A stretch of DNA of 64,000 nt, taken from the NCBI GenBank assembly GCA_018663245.1, contig JABJEI010000029.1, forward strand, positions 12,821-76,820. The letters are read 5' to 3'. The notes under the pieces were generated by a model. The model worked only from the letters and a program-made list of their open reading frames with translations. It was not told the origin of the DNA and did no database searches. Made by a program: the position numbers and the translations under genes. The stretch's first letter is position 1. Each line of letters begins with the position of its first letter. Source of the DNA: a bacterium. Its GTDB lineage: Bacteria; Babelota; Babeliae; Babelales; JABJEI01. Of this stretch, positions 46,447-56,573 are shown one piece after another.

Positions 46447-49255
46447 AAACTATCAATACACCCTAATTCTTGTGGTAATGATCGGCTGGTCTCTGCAAAT
46501 AAAGGCCATGCAACAATCATCATCAAGCAGTAGCTCGTCAACATCTACCACTCAAAAGGCCATCATGCCTACAGTGCAAAAAGTTACTGTTATTGAACAA
46601 GCCTCAAACATGCGTCGACTGATCATGCTATTCGATTTTAACTTTAACTCTTCTATTGTTCCAAAATCAGACGCTATGAGCACCGCTTTAGCAACAGCAC
46701 TAGCACAAAAATCTGCCCCTATTTTAGTTAGCAAGCAACTAATTTATAATTTTTATCGTGATATCTCATACTATCAAGCTGCACTTGACTCTTTTCTATC
46801 AAAAGACATAGATTACAGCCCCCCTAATTCGGACGTTTTTGGCAACTATTTTATGGCCACAGGGTTAACCGCCCAACACAAGGTTTCACAGCTTATAAAT
46901 CAACACGGCAAAGATGTAGCTATTACCTACATCTTCAACAAGCTTGACCAGGCACTTGAACTCCTTGGCGGCAATTCATTAATAGCCCAACAAGCAACAC
47001 AAAGTATCGAAAGCAATTCTACACAAATACAACCTGGAGAATGGAACATTTACACCGTTGATAATCTTTTTTATCTACTTGTTCCCAAAAGCTATGTGCA
47101 AGCTATTCTATCCCCCAATCAAACACCTACAAGTGCCACCTTAACAGACATACAAACAAACCAACCCTTCACACGCCGAGAACAAAAGTTAGGCCTGAAG
47201 GTCGACAAACTCACGGCTCACTCAAACTTAAATACTCTAAGCAGTATTCAACAGTTCTTTTTGTCAGTTAATAAACTTAAAACATCTCAAAGTCACAAAC
47301 ATTTTATGCAAAATAAAAATGAGATCACACAACTGCTCAGTAAAGTCCTTATCAGCAAGCTTGACGCTCCACAACAGAAAGAAAGCCCTGTATTCAATAT
47401 TTACCTTGCTGGCCACGGCCGCAATTCTAAAGACATATCTGACATAGCAATACAACAAAAGATTTTAGCAAATCTTACTAATGAAAAAATAAAAACGGCT
47501 GAAGAGCAAGATGCGAAATCCGCTCTTGAGGATATTTTTGAAAATAAAATCAAACAAACAATTACCAGCGCCTCTGGCACCATTGCATCACTGCCTGTAA
47601 CAACGCACTTTGCACAGCTTCTTGACCAATTAAACTACCCATATAACACCAATTCATTAACATATCTCTCATGCTTTGCTGGTGGAAGTAATCGTCAATT
47701 GTCCGTTTATGACATTATCAAAAACATCCTTAAAATATATAATTACACAATGACATGTAGCTCCGCCACAGCAACAACTTCATCAATAAATGACATTCGA
47801 TTTATGCCATCCATTGCTATAACAAGCAGCGGTATTCCTGTCTTCAGTGTAAATATAATTTTTCCACAAAAGCTCACAAAATTCTTTAACGAGCTCGAAC
47901 AACAAGCCACCCATAAAACAGCTACACAATATTCAACAAATAAGCAATTAACCGGAAACGTAAAAAACCCAGCTAAAGTTACCAGTTGGTCAGACATCCT
48001 GAACAATGTTATTCAATTCAAAGATCCTGAAACAGGAAAAATCAACAGTTTGAGTAACATCCCCCTGATTCGCCCTCGCAACACAAATAAATGGTTTTCA
48101 ATAAGTTCATCAGGTAAAAAAGAAATTTTAGAACTTACCCCTACCCGCATGACCGCTTTCGAAAATGAAAAAACACTCAACGCCGACAACTATGCCACCC
48201 TGCTTCTAAGCGCCAACCATGTTCCGATAACTATAAAGATGACCCAACTTATTCCAATAATTTCAAAATCAGCTGGCAACTCTAGTCACGTCATAAAACA
48301 ATTAGATGCCCCCACACTTGGCATTGATGAATTGGCTGCAAAAGTATTTTTACCAATAAGAGATCTCGATGATGCAAAGCTCTTCTTTATAAAACAACTT
48401 GAAGTCAAAAATTCTGGTGAACTCAAAAATAGTTTAAAGACAACAGGAAGAAGCGTAATTCTAAAAAACGTACTATTTTTGAACAATTCAGTAAATCCAC
48501 TTAAATTTAGTACAAGCAACCCTAAGAAAAAACATGGAATAATATTCAAATATGGCAATAAGTATTACAAAAACATATATTCAACTGACGAAATATATAT
48601 AGACTTAAGCTTCGCATCTATTGGCTCGAAAAGTTACAATCAATACGAAGATTTTTATCTCGACAGCATTGACTTTACCGCCCACGGCCCAACGTCACCA
48701 CACTGGAACAGCCCGGGCAAAGTCCCTCGTTCAATAAATAAATTTGGCAAAAAAATAGCCGAAAAAACAAAAGTGTCAAAAAATAAAAAGATGCCAAAAG
48801 TACCCCGCATTTTTAACACCCCATCTCCAGTAAAAAGATCTAGAAAAGAGTACAAAACAGGCGATTATGCAACAAAAGCTAAAATGAAACGAATCGAATC
48901 TAAAGAACAAACCGCTAGATTTGCGAATATGTCTAAAGAAGAACGGGCTATATTTGCGAAGAAAATTAAAGCACGACACGCCCAACGTGCAAAGAAAGCT
49001 AAAAGAAAGCGGACCCTATTTGCAACCCCAACCAAACCAACATCGGCGACGCCTACATCACCATCGTCAACCAGCCAGTCGTTCAAAGAACACGAAAGTC
49101 CGTTCAAGCGCCCTCGACGAAAGGCGCCTAAGCCTCCATCAACACAATTAAACACCTCATTCAATGATAATGACCAAAACATTATAGATGAACAAACGCA
49201 ATTCAATACCTCGTTCGATAACGACGACCAAGATCATGGGATGCCCGATGCGTAA
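46439..49255 (+). CDS. Giant secreted protein, paralog C
   Basis: The start ATG is embedded in ATGCGTAA, overlapping the stop of B by 8 nt. Signal MRKNYQYTLILVVMIGWSLQIKA. FNIYLAGHG (His codon 47414-47416) and LTYLSCFAGG (Cys codon 47672-47674). The tail contains TPSPVKRSRKEYK and KKAKRKRTLF. Confidence 0.85.
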   Translation: MRKNYQYTLILVVMIGWSLQIKAMQQSSSSSSSSTSTTQKAIMPTVQKVTVIEQASNMRRLIMLFDFNFNSSIVPKSDAMSTALATALAQKSAPILVSKQLIYNFYRDISYYQAALDSFLSKDIDYSPPNSDVFGNYFMATGLTAQHKVSQLINQHGKDVAITYIFNKLDQALELLGGNSLIAQQATQSIESNSTQIQPGEWNIYTVDNLFYLLVPKSYVQAILSPNQTPTSATLTDIQTNQPFTRREQKLGLKVDKLTAHSNLNTLSSIQQFFLSVNKLKTSQSHKHFMQNKNEITQLLSKVLISKLDAPQQKESPVFNIYLAGHGRNSKDISDIAIQQKILANLTNEKIKTAEEQDAKSALEDIFENKIKQTITSASGTIASLPVTTHFAQLLDQLNYPYNTNSLTYLSCFAGGSNRQLSVYDIIKNILKIYNYTMTCSSATATTSSINDIRFMPSIAITSSGIPVFSVNIIFPQKLTKFFNELEQQATHKTATQYSTNKQLTGNVKNPAKVTSWSDILNNVIQFKDPETGKINSLSNIPLIRPRNTNKWFSISSSGKKEILELTPTRMTAFENEKTLNADNYATLLLSANHVPITIKMTQLIPIISKSAGNSSHVIKQLDAPTLGIDELAAKVFLPIRDLDDAKLFFIKQLEVKNSGELKNSLKTTGRSVILKNVLFLNNSVNPLKFSTSNPKKKHGIIFKYGNKYYKNIYSTDEIYIDLSFASIGSKSYNQYEDFYLDSIDFTAHGPTSPHWNSPGKVPRSINKFGKKIAEKTKVSKNKKMPKVPRIFNTPSPVKRSRKEYKTGDYATKAKMKRIESKEQTARFANMSKEERAIFAKKIKARHAQRAKKAKRKRTLFATPTKPTSATPTSPSSTSQSFKEHESPFKRPRRKAPKPPSTQLNTSFNDNDQNIIDEQTQFNTSFDNDDQDHGMPDA

Positions 49256-51026
49256 AAACTATCAATCCACCCTAATTTTTGTAGCAATGATTAGCTTGTC
49301 GTTACAAACAATGGCAATGCAGAAATTCACATCGAGCAATAACGCCTCATCATCTAAACAGGCGACCAACACAAAAAGCTCAAAAGCTAAATACTGGGGA
49401 AAGTCCGGTTCAATAACTACTGGTTACAAAATTAGTCACGACGCAGACATGCGCCGATTAATTATTCTTATTAATGACGAAGTGATGACTGACTATCAAG
49501 ATTCGGATGCAATACTATACGAACTAATCAATGCAATATCTGATAAAAGCGCACCAATCCTTATCAAGGGTCTATTTGACTCTTTTATAGTTAATAAAAG
49601 CAACCTGGTAGAGCTAAAAAAACAAAGGCCGCTACACCAACTCCCCATTCATATATGGAATATGTACCTGTCTGGTCATGGAGACCAAGATCCATACGAT
49701 CACTACAAGCGCCACGCAATGGAACTGTTAACAAAAGCTAACTACTTACAAAAAGACGAAAAAAACAAGTTGCTCTCAGGCTCAAAGATAATGTCTAGGC
49801 CTGTAACAGAATTTAGCAAAAAGCATGTAAAGGCCAAATCCTACGCAGCAATGGCGGGCCTTCCCCTATACACACATTTTACCCCACTATTGAACTATCT
49901 TAATAACAACATCAAAACAAACTTTCTTATGTACAACAGCTGCTTCTCTGGTGGAACTTCTCGCATTACCAATTTTTATGACTTTGAGCTCAATAAATTT
50001 AAACGCTATAACTATACAATCGCTACCGGAACCACAACCCCTACCCCTTCCCTCACCTCAAGCCCAAGAATATATGTAAAGGAAGCAAGCCAAAGCTTTT
50101 ATACAATCACTAGTCAAAAATTTTATCCTTTCTTCAAAAGCCTAGAGGCAAGTTATTACCCACTTGCAAACAATACAATTCAGCCCGACACCCAACGCCA
50201 ACCTACGCCACTATCGTGGAGCCAAATTATAGAAAACATTCATAAGCATAAAACGAACCTTTATAACCTTCCTTTAGTTCGGCCCAAAAACACAATAACC
50301 TGGTTTTTTGCTGGCAAGAGTGGTGGCCCGATACTTGAGCTAACGCCAACCAAAGTTAATATTTGGCAGAAAGAACAACCTGTTCTAGACATCAGCTCTT
50401 ATCGCGCGGTTTTGCTTGGATCGCGCTACATCCCACTCACACTCAAGTTATCCTGTCCGGTCGCCCTAATACAGCAGACAGCACTGCAACAAACCTACAT
50501 CAAAGAAATTTATGCCCCCACAATTACACTCATGAAGCTTCTTGATACAACAATTTTCCCACTCAAAGAAATGGCCCAATCAAGCACACTCTTAATCGAT
50601 AAATTAACCGTAAAAAGCAGCTCTATGTTTGCCAAAATACCAATATTAAGGAGCAAAACCTCTACCCTGAAAAACTTAATATTCTCAATTTCTACACAAA
50701 CACCATTCGATGAACGACAGCAATGGCACATAGATTTTACTGTAAACAACGTCCACCACAGCATCCAGGGAGATGCTACAAAAAAAGGTTTCAACAGGGA
50801 CAAACAGTCATGCATAAAGCCTATAGAAAAGTATTTACCAAAGTTTAAAAAACAAAAAAAAGAGATACACGAACATGCAAAATTGTTGGGTGAAGCAAAT
50901 CTAATTGATGTTTCCACAATCTCCAAAGTTTTGGATGAAAAGCCAGACTCTCTTTCAAAAACTCCACGCATAGTTAGCGACTCTCTAAAAAAATACGCAA
51001 TAAAACAGAAGTTAGAAAAAGCTTGA
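49248..51026 (+). CDS. Secreted protein, paralog D (shorter and more divergent)
   Basis: The start sits in a second ATGCGTAA overlap with the stop of C. Signal MRKNYQSTLIFVAMISLSLQTMA. WNMYLSGHG (His codon 49677-49679) and FLMYNSCFSGG (Cys codon 49941-49943). It lacks the NLS-like tail. Confidence 0.8.
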   Translation: MRKNYQSTLIFVAMISLSLQTMAMQKFTSSNNASSSKQATNTKSSKAKYWGKSGSITTGYKISHDADMRRLIILINDEVMTDYQDSDAILYELINAISDKSAPILIKGLFDSFIVNKSNLVELKKQRPLHQLPIHIWNMYLSGHGDQDPYDHYKRHAMELLTKANYLQKDEKNKLLSGSKIMSRPVTEFSKKHVKAKSYAAMAGLPLYTHFTPLLNYLNNNIKTNFLMYNSCFSGGTSRITNFYDFELNKFKRYNYTIATGTTTPTPSLTSSPRIYVKEASQSFYTITSQKFYPFFKSLEASYYPLANNTIQPDTQRQPTPLSWSQIIENIHKHKTNLYNLPLVRPKNTITWFFAGKSGGPILELTPTKVNIWQKEQPVLDISSYRAVLLGSRYIPLTLKLSCPVALIQQTALQQTYIKEIYAPTITLMKLLDTTIFPLKEMAQSSTLLIDKLTVKSSSMFAKIPILRSKTSTLKNLIFSISTQTPFDERQQWHIDFTVNNVHHSIQGDATKKGFNRDKQSCIKPIEKYLPKFKKQKKEIHEHAKLLGEANLIDVSTISKVLDEKPDSLSKTPRIVSDSLKKYAIKQKLEKA

Positions 51027-51088
51027 GAAAGGCGTCATTTAACCTAACCTAAGAAATGTCCTCACACTAATCATCAACATGGCCGGTT

Positions 51089-53047
51089 ATGTTCATTATT
51101 GTGCGCCTCCTTAACGGATTCTCGCGACCTCTTACCTACAAAGTGCCAGCCAATTGGCCAAGGCATAGCCTGATGGGCTCCATAATCCGCGTACCGCTAC
51201 AAAAGCGGGAAGAAAAAGCAATTGTCGAACGAGTATTGCCATCACTTGCCTACAAGCCCGCCTATGCCATTCGTGAAGCGATCTGCCTTGAAACTGTACC
51301 AGAAGACAAATACTTTATGCCGTTCATCAAGCAAGTTGCCGGCTACTATCAAGTAAATCACGTAGCCCTCCTACGGCGGGTTAATTCATTCCTAGATGCA
51401 CCTAAAAAAAAGGCCGACCTGCCCATTCCGGCAGAAGTAGGCAGTTCTGCTCATGTTGAACTAACGCAAGAACAACAAGAAATTTACAAGGCAATTGAGC
51501 CATCCGTTGTACAAGGACAGTACGCACCTTCAGTAATTCACGGTGTAACCAGCTCTGGAAAAACAGAAGTTTATAAAAAATTAATCGAGCTCAGCATTGC
51601 GCAGGGCAAAAGCGTGGTATTCATGGTGCCCGAGGTAACACTTGCAGTACGCTTCACCAGTATTTTGAAGCAACAACTTTCTGCAACTATCCAGATATTT
51701 TCGTTCCATAGTTCCACCGGACCAAAAGAGAAACGTGAACTGTGGCAACACCTACTCGCCGACACTCCCGTACTCATCATTGGAGTACACCTACCAATCA
51801 TGCTCCCACTGCCAAACCTTGGCTGTATAATTATCGACGAAGAGCACGAAAGCGGATATCAAGAAAAACGACACCCTCGTCTGAACAGTCGCGAGCTGGC
51901 AATTATGCGAGCGCAACAAACAAGCATTCCAATCATACTAGGTTCAGCAACACCTTCGAGCAACAGCCTACACAACGTAAAACACAGAGGCTGGAAGCTG
52001 TACTCATTACGCAAACGGTTTTCGGGAGAGTTCCCAAAAATAAAAACGGTCATCCTTGTCAAAGATGCCCGCAGAGAATCGTTCTGGATAAGCACAGTAC
52101 TCAAGCAAGAGCTTCGCAAAACTCTTGCCCAGGGTAAGCAGGCCATTATCTTTTTAAATCGACGTGGGCGATATTTCTTTGCTCTATGCAAGCAGTGTGG
52201 ATTTGTCCCCTCATGCACGCAGTGTTCAGTTAGCCTAACCGTTCACGAGAAAGAACGATTAATCTGTCATTACTGCGCAAAGAGCGAGCTATTGCCGGCC
52301 AGCTGCACGTCCTGTGGCTACAAGAAAAACCCCTATCAAACCAAAGGAATTGGCACGCAACAGGTCGTCAATATCCTCAAAGACATGTTCCCTAAAGCCA
52401 ATGTTGAACGAGCAGATCTTGATACCACAACCAACAAGAAGAGGTGGAGCTGTACGCTCGAGAGTATGCTTGATGGGTCTATCGACATTTTGGTTGGCAC
52501 TCAAACAATCACAAAGGGATACCACTTCCCTAACGTAACGCTTGTTGGCATAATCTGGGGCGATTTGAACCTACACTTCCCATTTTACAACACCACCGAG
52601 AAAACACTGCAACAACTTATTCAAGTTGCTGGACGCGCAGGTAGAACAACAAAACACAGCACTGTAGTTGTGCAAACCATGGCCAAACATCAGCTATTTG
52701 AGCACATTAATGAGCACGATTATGATCTGTGCATGCAGAATGAACTTGAACAACGAGCAATGTCAGGTTACCCCCCATCACGGCGACTTACAGAAATTGA
52801 ACTGCGCAATAAAGATGAAGTAAAATTAGAATTTGAGGCAAGCGCCATCGCAGATCAACTGCGCCGAGGAACAACGTTCACTGTATTGGGCCCAGCCCAA
52901 CCACCAGTTTCCAAAATACAAAATGTACACAGCAGAAAAATTTATATAAAAAGCGACACAATGCAAAGAGTAATCAGCGCATACCAGGCCCTTGAAAAAG
53001 ACAACATCACATCGTCTATCTTCTTTACACCTAATCCGCAAAACTAA
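51089..53047 (+). CDS. priA: Primosomal replication-restart helicase PriA
   Basis: Walker A GVTSSGKTEVY, DExH box IIIDEEHE, and a Cys-rich Zn-binding insert CKQCG..CTQC..CHYC..CTSCG. Confidence 0.93.
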   Translation: MFIIVRLLNGFSRPLTYKVPANWPRHSLMGSIIRVPLQKREEKAIVERVLPSLAYKPAYAIREAICLETVPEDKYFMPFIKQVAGYYQVNHVALLRRVNSFLDAPKKKADLPIPAEVGSSAHVELTQEQQEIYKAIEPSVVQGQYAPSVIHGVTSSGKTEVYKKLIELSIAQGKSVVFMVPEVTLAVRFTSILKQQLSATIQIFSFHSSTGPKEKRELWQHLLADTPVLIIGVHLPIMLPLPNLGCIIIDEEHESGYQEKRHPRLNSRELAIMRAQQTSIPIILGSATPSSNSLHNVKHRGWKLYSLRKRFSGEFPKIKTVILVKDARRESFWISTVLKQELRKTLAQGKQAIIFLNRRGRYFFALCKQCGFVPSCTQCSVSLTVHEKERLICHYCAKSELLPASCTSCGYKKNPYQTKGIGTQQVVNILKDMFPKANVERADLDTTTNKKRWSCTLESMLDGSIDILVGTQTITKGYHFPNVTLVGIIWGDLNLHFPFYNTTEKTLQQLIQVAGRAGRTTKHSTVVVQTMAKHQLFEHINEHDYDLCMQNELEQRAMSGYPPSRRLTEIELRNKDEVKLEFEASAIADQLRRGTTFTVLGPAQPPVSKIQNVHSRKIYIKSDTMQRVISAYQALEKDNITSSIFFTPNPQN

Positions 53048-53070
53048 TAAATAAAAAAGGGGGGAGAAAA

Positions 53071-53112
53071 AGATCAAGCGCCCTGGCTTAGGAGCGCTTA
53101 ATTTGATCTTTT
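53071..53112 (+). terminator. Possible priA terminator
   Basis: aagcgc (53076-53081) / gcgctt (53094-53099), extended by agatc/gatct with a bulge, then TTTT. The stem is imperfect. Confidence 0.35.
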
Positions 53113-53594
53113 AGAGCAGTGTGTATAACCATACTACCCGAGAAGGAGTCCGTTTGTGGACATGACCCATTAAGAGAATGAATCATGAAGCCGTAAACTA
53201 TTTTCGCCCAAAAAAAGAAAAAAAACAAAAGCAACAACACAGCCATACAAAACGCAACAACAAAAGCCCCACTTAAAGGCAACTTTCCCCTCTTGCGCCA
53301 CTTTTATATAAAAAATATAGCAAAACGCAACAGAAAAAATCGCCTAAAAAACATCAAAAAAATGCAATACGAACGCAAAAAATTTTTAGCAAAAACTAAA
53401 CTGGTCTATCCGGATACGTTTCACAAATCATTCCGTAACTCTTTTGCACTTCGGCTTGGCGCCTACTTCAACTGCAAAACCATACCAAAGGTAGCCTTAA
53501 TAAGATTTTGTTATTCAAAAAAAGAGACGCTAATTGTAAGCTAGGATACATGTATCAAGCCATCTAAGATTAATTAACAGGATTAACGCAAAAA

Positions 53595-54466
53595 ATGAAA
53601 AATATATTACTCGCCATAGGTATGCTCACAACATTCTTTGTACAAGCACAACCAATAGATAACTAGGTATGCTCACAACATTCTTTGTACAAGCACAACC
53701 AATAGATAACGCGGCAAAAGAAAAATTGTTCCCCGCAAAACCATTGATCCATGATGCAGTACAAGTTGGCAAACTTAACCTAATCAAGCAGCTAGTAATA
53801 AAAGATAAAAGGTCTGTAAATGCAAAGAATAGCACACTGTGGACACCTCTTCACATTGCGGCCAACATGGGAAGAACAGGCATCGTGCAATTTTTAATCA
53901 CAAACGGAGCCGATGTTAACGCCCAATGTAGCTTAGGTGGGACACCATTTCACTATGCCAACAATGTGAGTATCTCAAAAATTTTAGTAACAAACGGAGC
54001 CGATTTTTGCATCACAGATAAAATTGAATCGAAAGGTCCGTACCAGATTCATAACAAAGAAATAATTAAATTTTATAGATCATTAAGCCGACTAAATTTA
54101 TTATATAAACGCACGACCCCCAAAAAATACTTTTTCAACAAGTACATAAACGGGAGGCCAAAACAAAGCACTGAAAATCTCTTCATTTTAAATCTATTAT
54201 TTAAAGAATATAAAACAAGCAAAAGCCTGATCACTACCTTCACCGAGGAAGACTTCCGCTTCATCTGGGATAAAGATTGGGACCGAGACGAAGCAAAGCC
54301 CCTATCACAAGGACTAAATACATTGTATCGCCTTGCTAAAGAAAATAATTCTAAAACTTGCGTAAAAGATCTTTTAGATTGCAGCATAAAATTAAGAGTG
54401 TTGTCTGGACTAGGAAATGGAAATTCGGGCCTTTGCGTTATTCAACTTATTCAAAGTTATGAATAA
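53595..54466 (+). pseudogene. Ankyrin-repeat protein gene with its signal-peptide region interrupted by a 47-bp tandem duplication
   Basis: The ATG at 53595 encodes MKNILLAIGMLTTFFVQAQPIDN and then hits a TAG (53664-53666) created at the duplication junction. The remaining ORF, 53669..54466, restarts at the internal Met (MLTTFFVQAQPIDNAAKEK..) and carries ANK repeats (TPLHIAANMGRTGIVQFLITNGADVN, GGTPFHYA...LVTNGADF). Confidence 0.75.
53617..53710 (+). repeat. Perfect 47-bp tandem duplication (2 copies)
   Basis: taggtatgctcacaacattctttgtacaagcacaaccaatagataac occurs at 53617-53663 and again at 53664-53710 with 100 percent identity. Confidence 0.97.
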
Positions 54467-54481
54467 TGCAAAGGCCCGAAT
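54423..54481. terminator. Long-stem hairpin between the convergent ankyrin gene and infB
   Basis: Perfect 14-bp stem attcgggcctttgc (54423-54436) / gcaaaggcccgaat (54468-54481) with a 31-nt loop that contains the ankyrin gene stop codon. Confidence 0.4.
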
Positions 54482-54487
54482 AGTCTT

Positions 54488-56518
54488 TTAAGCTTGGTCT
54501 TCTGGTACTTCTTGGAAGCACTCAGCCGTATCATCAACCTGCCAGTCAGTATGACCAACAACCAGGAATGCACACTCAAAGCCAGCCAAAACTCGTTTAG
54601 CTGATTTGCGCTCTTTCTGAAGGCTGCTGATTATACCCTGGCCAATCTCTTTGCCGCGACGGTAAATAGTAATCTGTCCGCCATCAAGCAGGAATCCAGA
54701 ATTTACCTTACCACCAGCAACAATACCAACGCGCTTTATATCAAACACCTTGAGCACAGAGAAATCACCAATTTTTTTCGAGATCATTTTGATCTCTTTA
54801 CCTTGCTCAAGTAGTTTTTCGACATCTTCGATAAGCTTGTAAATAATCGTGAACAAGCGAATATCAACACCTTCACGAGTCGCCAGTTGAACAGCATTAG
54901 GCTCTACTTTTGAATGTAGGCCATAAATAATTGCCCCTGAACTTACCGCAAGCGTAACATCGCTTTCTGTAACAGAACCGACACCATCCAAAATGATATT
55001 AATCTTCTGATCAAAAGACAGGCTTACCTTGTCCAGAGAGCCACGAACTGCTTCTCTTGAAGACTGGGTGTCAGACTTTACGATAACGTTTAGCAGATTC
55101 GAACCTGGTTGCAATAGCAAGCGTCGCGGAACTGGCGCACTGCCACGTTGTCGCAATTTTTTGAACTCTGAAGCAGAAATAACATTAAAGCTATCACCCG
55201 GCTTTGGAAGATCTTGGAATCCGGCAATTCTGGCCGGTTGTGACGGTTGCACTTGTGTAACACGTTTTCCGTACGAATCAACAAGAGAGTTAACTCGACC
55301 AAACGTCCTACCAGCCGCAAAATAGTCACCAATTTTAAGGATACCGTTTTGACAAATAACAGTCGCAACAGGACCTCGACCTCGTTCAAGCTTTGATTCT
55401 AAAACATAGCCTTGAGGAGCTACTGACAAATCTGCTTTTAATTCAAGCATTTCTGCTTGTAGCGCAACTATTTCTAGAAGATTGTCTACGCCATCACCCT
55501 TGAGGGCAGAGACGGGAACCGTTGATATTTGACCACCCCAAGCTTCAGGCAACAGATCATTCTGTGCAAGCTCAGAGTAAATAGCTTCAACTCGCTTAGG
55601 ATCAGCTTTATCCATCTTGTTGATAGCAACAATCATTGGAATTTTAGCTGCACGAGCGTGGTTAATTGCTTCAACAGTTTGAGGCATAATGCCATCATCA
55701 GCTGCTACCATCAAAATAGCTATATCAGCGACGCGAGCACCCCGCATACGAATGGCAGAAAATGCCTCGTGGCCGGGCGTATCAAGGAAAATAAGGTTGC
55801 CGTGATCTGTAGTTACTTCGTAAGCACCAAGATGCTGTGTTATACCGCCAGCTTCTCGCTGAACAACTCGCGTATTGCGAATATAATCCAAAAGAGTTGT
55901 CTTGCCATGGTCAACATGGCCCATAACAACAATAACCGGAAGTCTTATTTGAGCATTTTTTGAGGCTGCAGTTTTTTTAATTGTTTTGCTTTGGTCGCTG
56001 TCCTGCTTTTCTGCATAAGTAGCTTTTAACTCAAAGTCCTCTGCCAATTGAAGAACCTGCTTTTCATCAAGCGGATGGTTCATCGTGCAGGCAAGGCCTT
56101 TGCGAATAAGCGTCAAAATAATTTGGTTAACAGGAAGACCAGAGCGCTGAGCAAATTGCCCGACGGTCATAGGCTCAACAACAATAACATTGCCTGCAAC
56201 TGCCTTTAAAACTTTGTTTAAACGACGTTTTTGCGGATCAATGTCAAGTTTGTCATCATCTTCGACTTTACCAGGAACCTGCTCATTGATAGCGCTCAAC
56301 TCAGGCTTTTCCTGCTTGCCAGAAGGCTGGCTAGGAGAAGCTTTGGATGCTTGCTGTGAAGACTTTTGTCCAACACCAAGCAACACTTCAAGTTGGGCTA
56401 TCTTATCATCAGGAATAACTGACATATGATTGGCAACATCAACATTTTGCCCTTTTAGGGCATCGATGACCTGCTTACTAGTCAAATCATAAATTTTTGC
56501 GAACTCATATACGCGCAT
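54488..56518 (-). CDS. infB: Translation initiation factor IF-2
   Basis: N-terminal IF2_N ([21 protein letters not shown]) and G domain [27 protein letters not shown]. Confidence 0.97.
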   Translation of the reverse strand: MRVYEFAKIYDLTSKQVIDALKGQNVDVANHMSVIPDDKIAQLEVLLGVGQKSSQQASKASPSQPSGKQEKPELSAINEQVPGKVEDDDKLDIDPQKRRLNKVLKAVAGNVIVVEPMTVGQFAQRSGLPVNQIILTLIRKGLACTMNHPLDEKQVLQLAEDFELKATYAEKQDSDQSKTIKKTAASKNAQIRLPVIVVMGHVDHGKTTLLDYIRNTRVVQREAGGITQHLGAYEVTTDHGNLIFLDTPGHEAFSAIRMRGARVADIAILMVAADDGIMPQTVEAINHARAAKIPMIVAINKMDKADPKRVEAIYSELAQNDLLPEAWGGQISTVPVSALKGDGVDNLLEIVALQAEMLELKADLSVAPQGYVLESKLERGRGPVATVICQNGILKIGDYFAAGRTFGRVNSLVDSYGKRVTQVQPSQPARIAGFQDLPKPGDSFNVISASEFKKLRQRGSAPVPRRLLLQPGSNLLNVIVKSDTQSSREAVRGSLDKVSLSFDQKINIILDGVGSVTESDVTLAVSSGAIIYGLHSKVEPNAVQLATREGVDIRLFTIIYKLIEDVEKLLEQGKEIKMISKKIGDFSVLKVFDIKRVGIVAGGKVNSGFLLDGGQITIYRRGKEIGQGIISSLQKERKSAKRVLAGFECAFLVVGHTDWQVDDTAECFQEVPEDQA

Positions 56519-56573
56519 TGCAGATGCAACTCTCTACCGTAAAAATATAATATAACTCTGGAAGTAACGGGGC

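Noticed and set aside
53088-53544. ORFs 53088..53282(-) and 53293..53544(+) in the priA-ankyrin spacer.
   Set aside because: The region is A/T homopolymer-rich and low in complexity. The ORFs have TTG or weak starts, no RBS and no motifs, so I treat the spacer as non-coding, possibly decayed, sequence.
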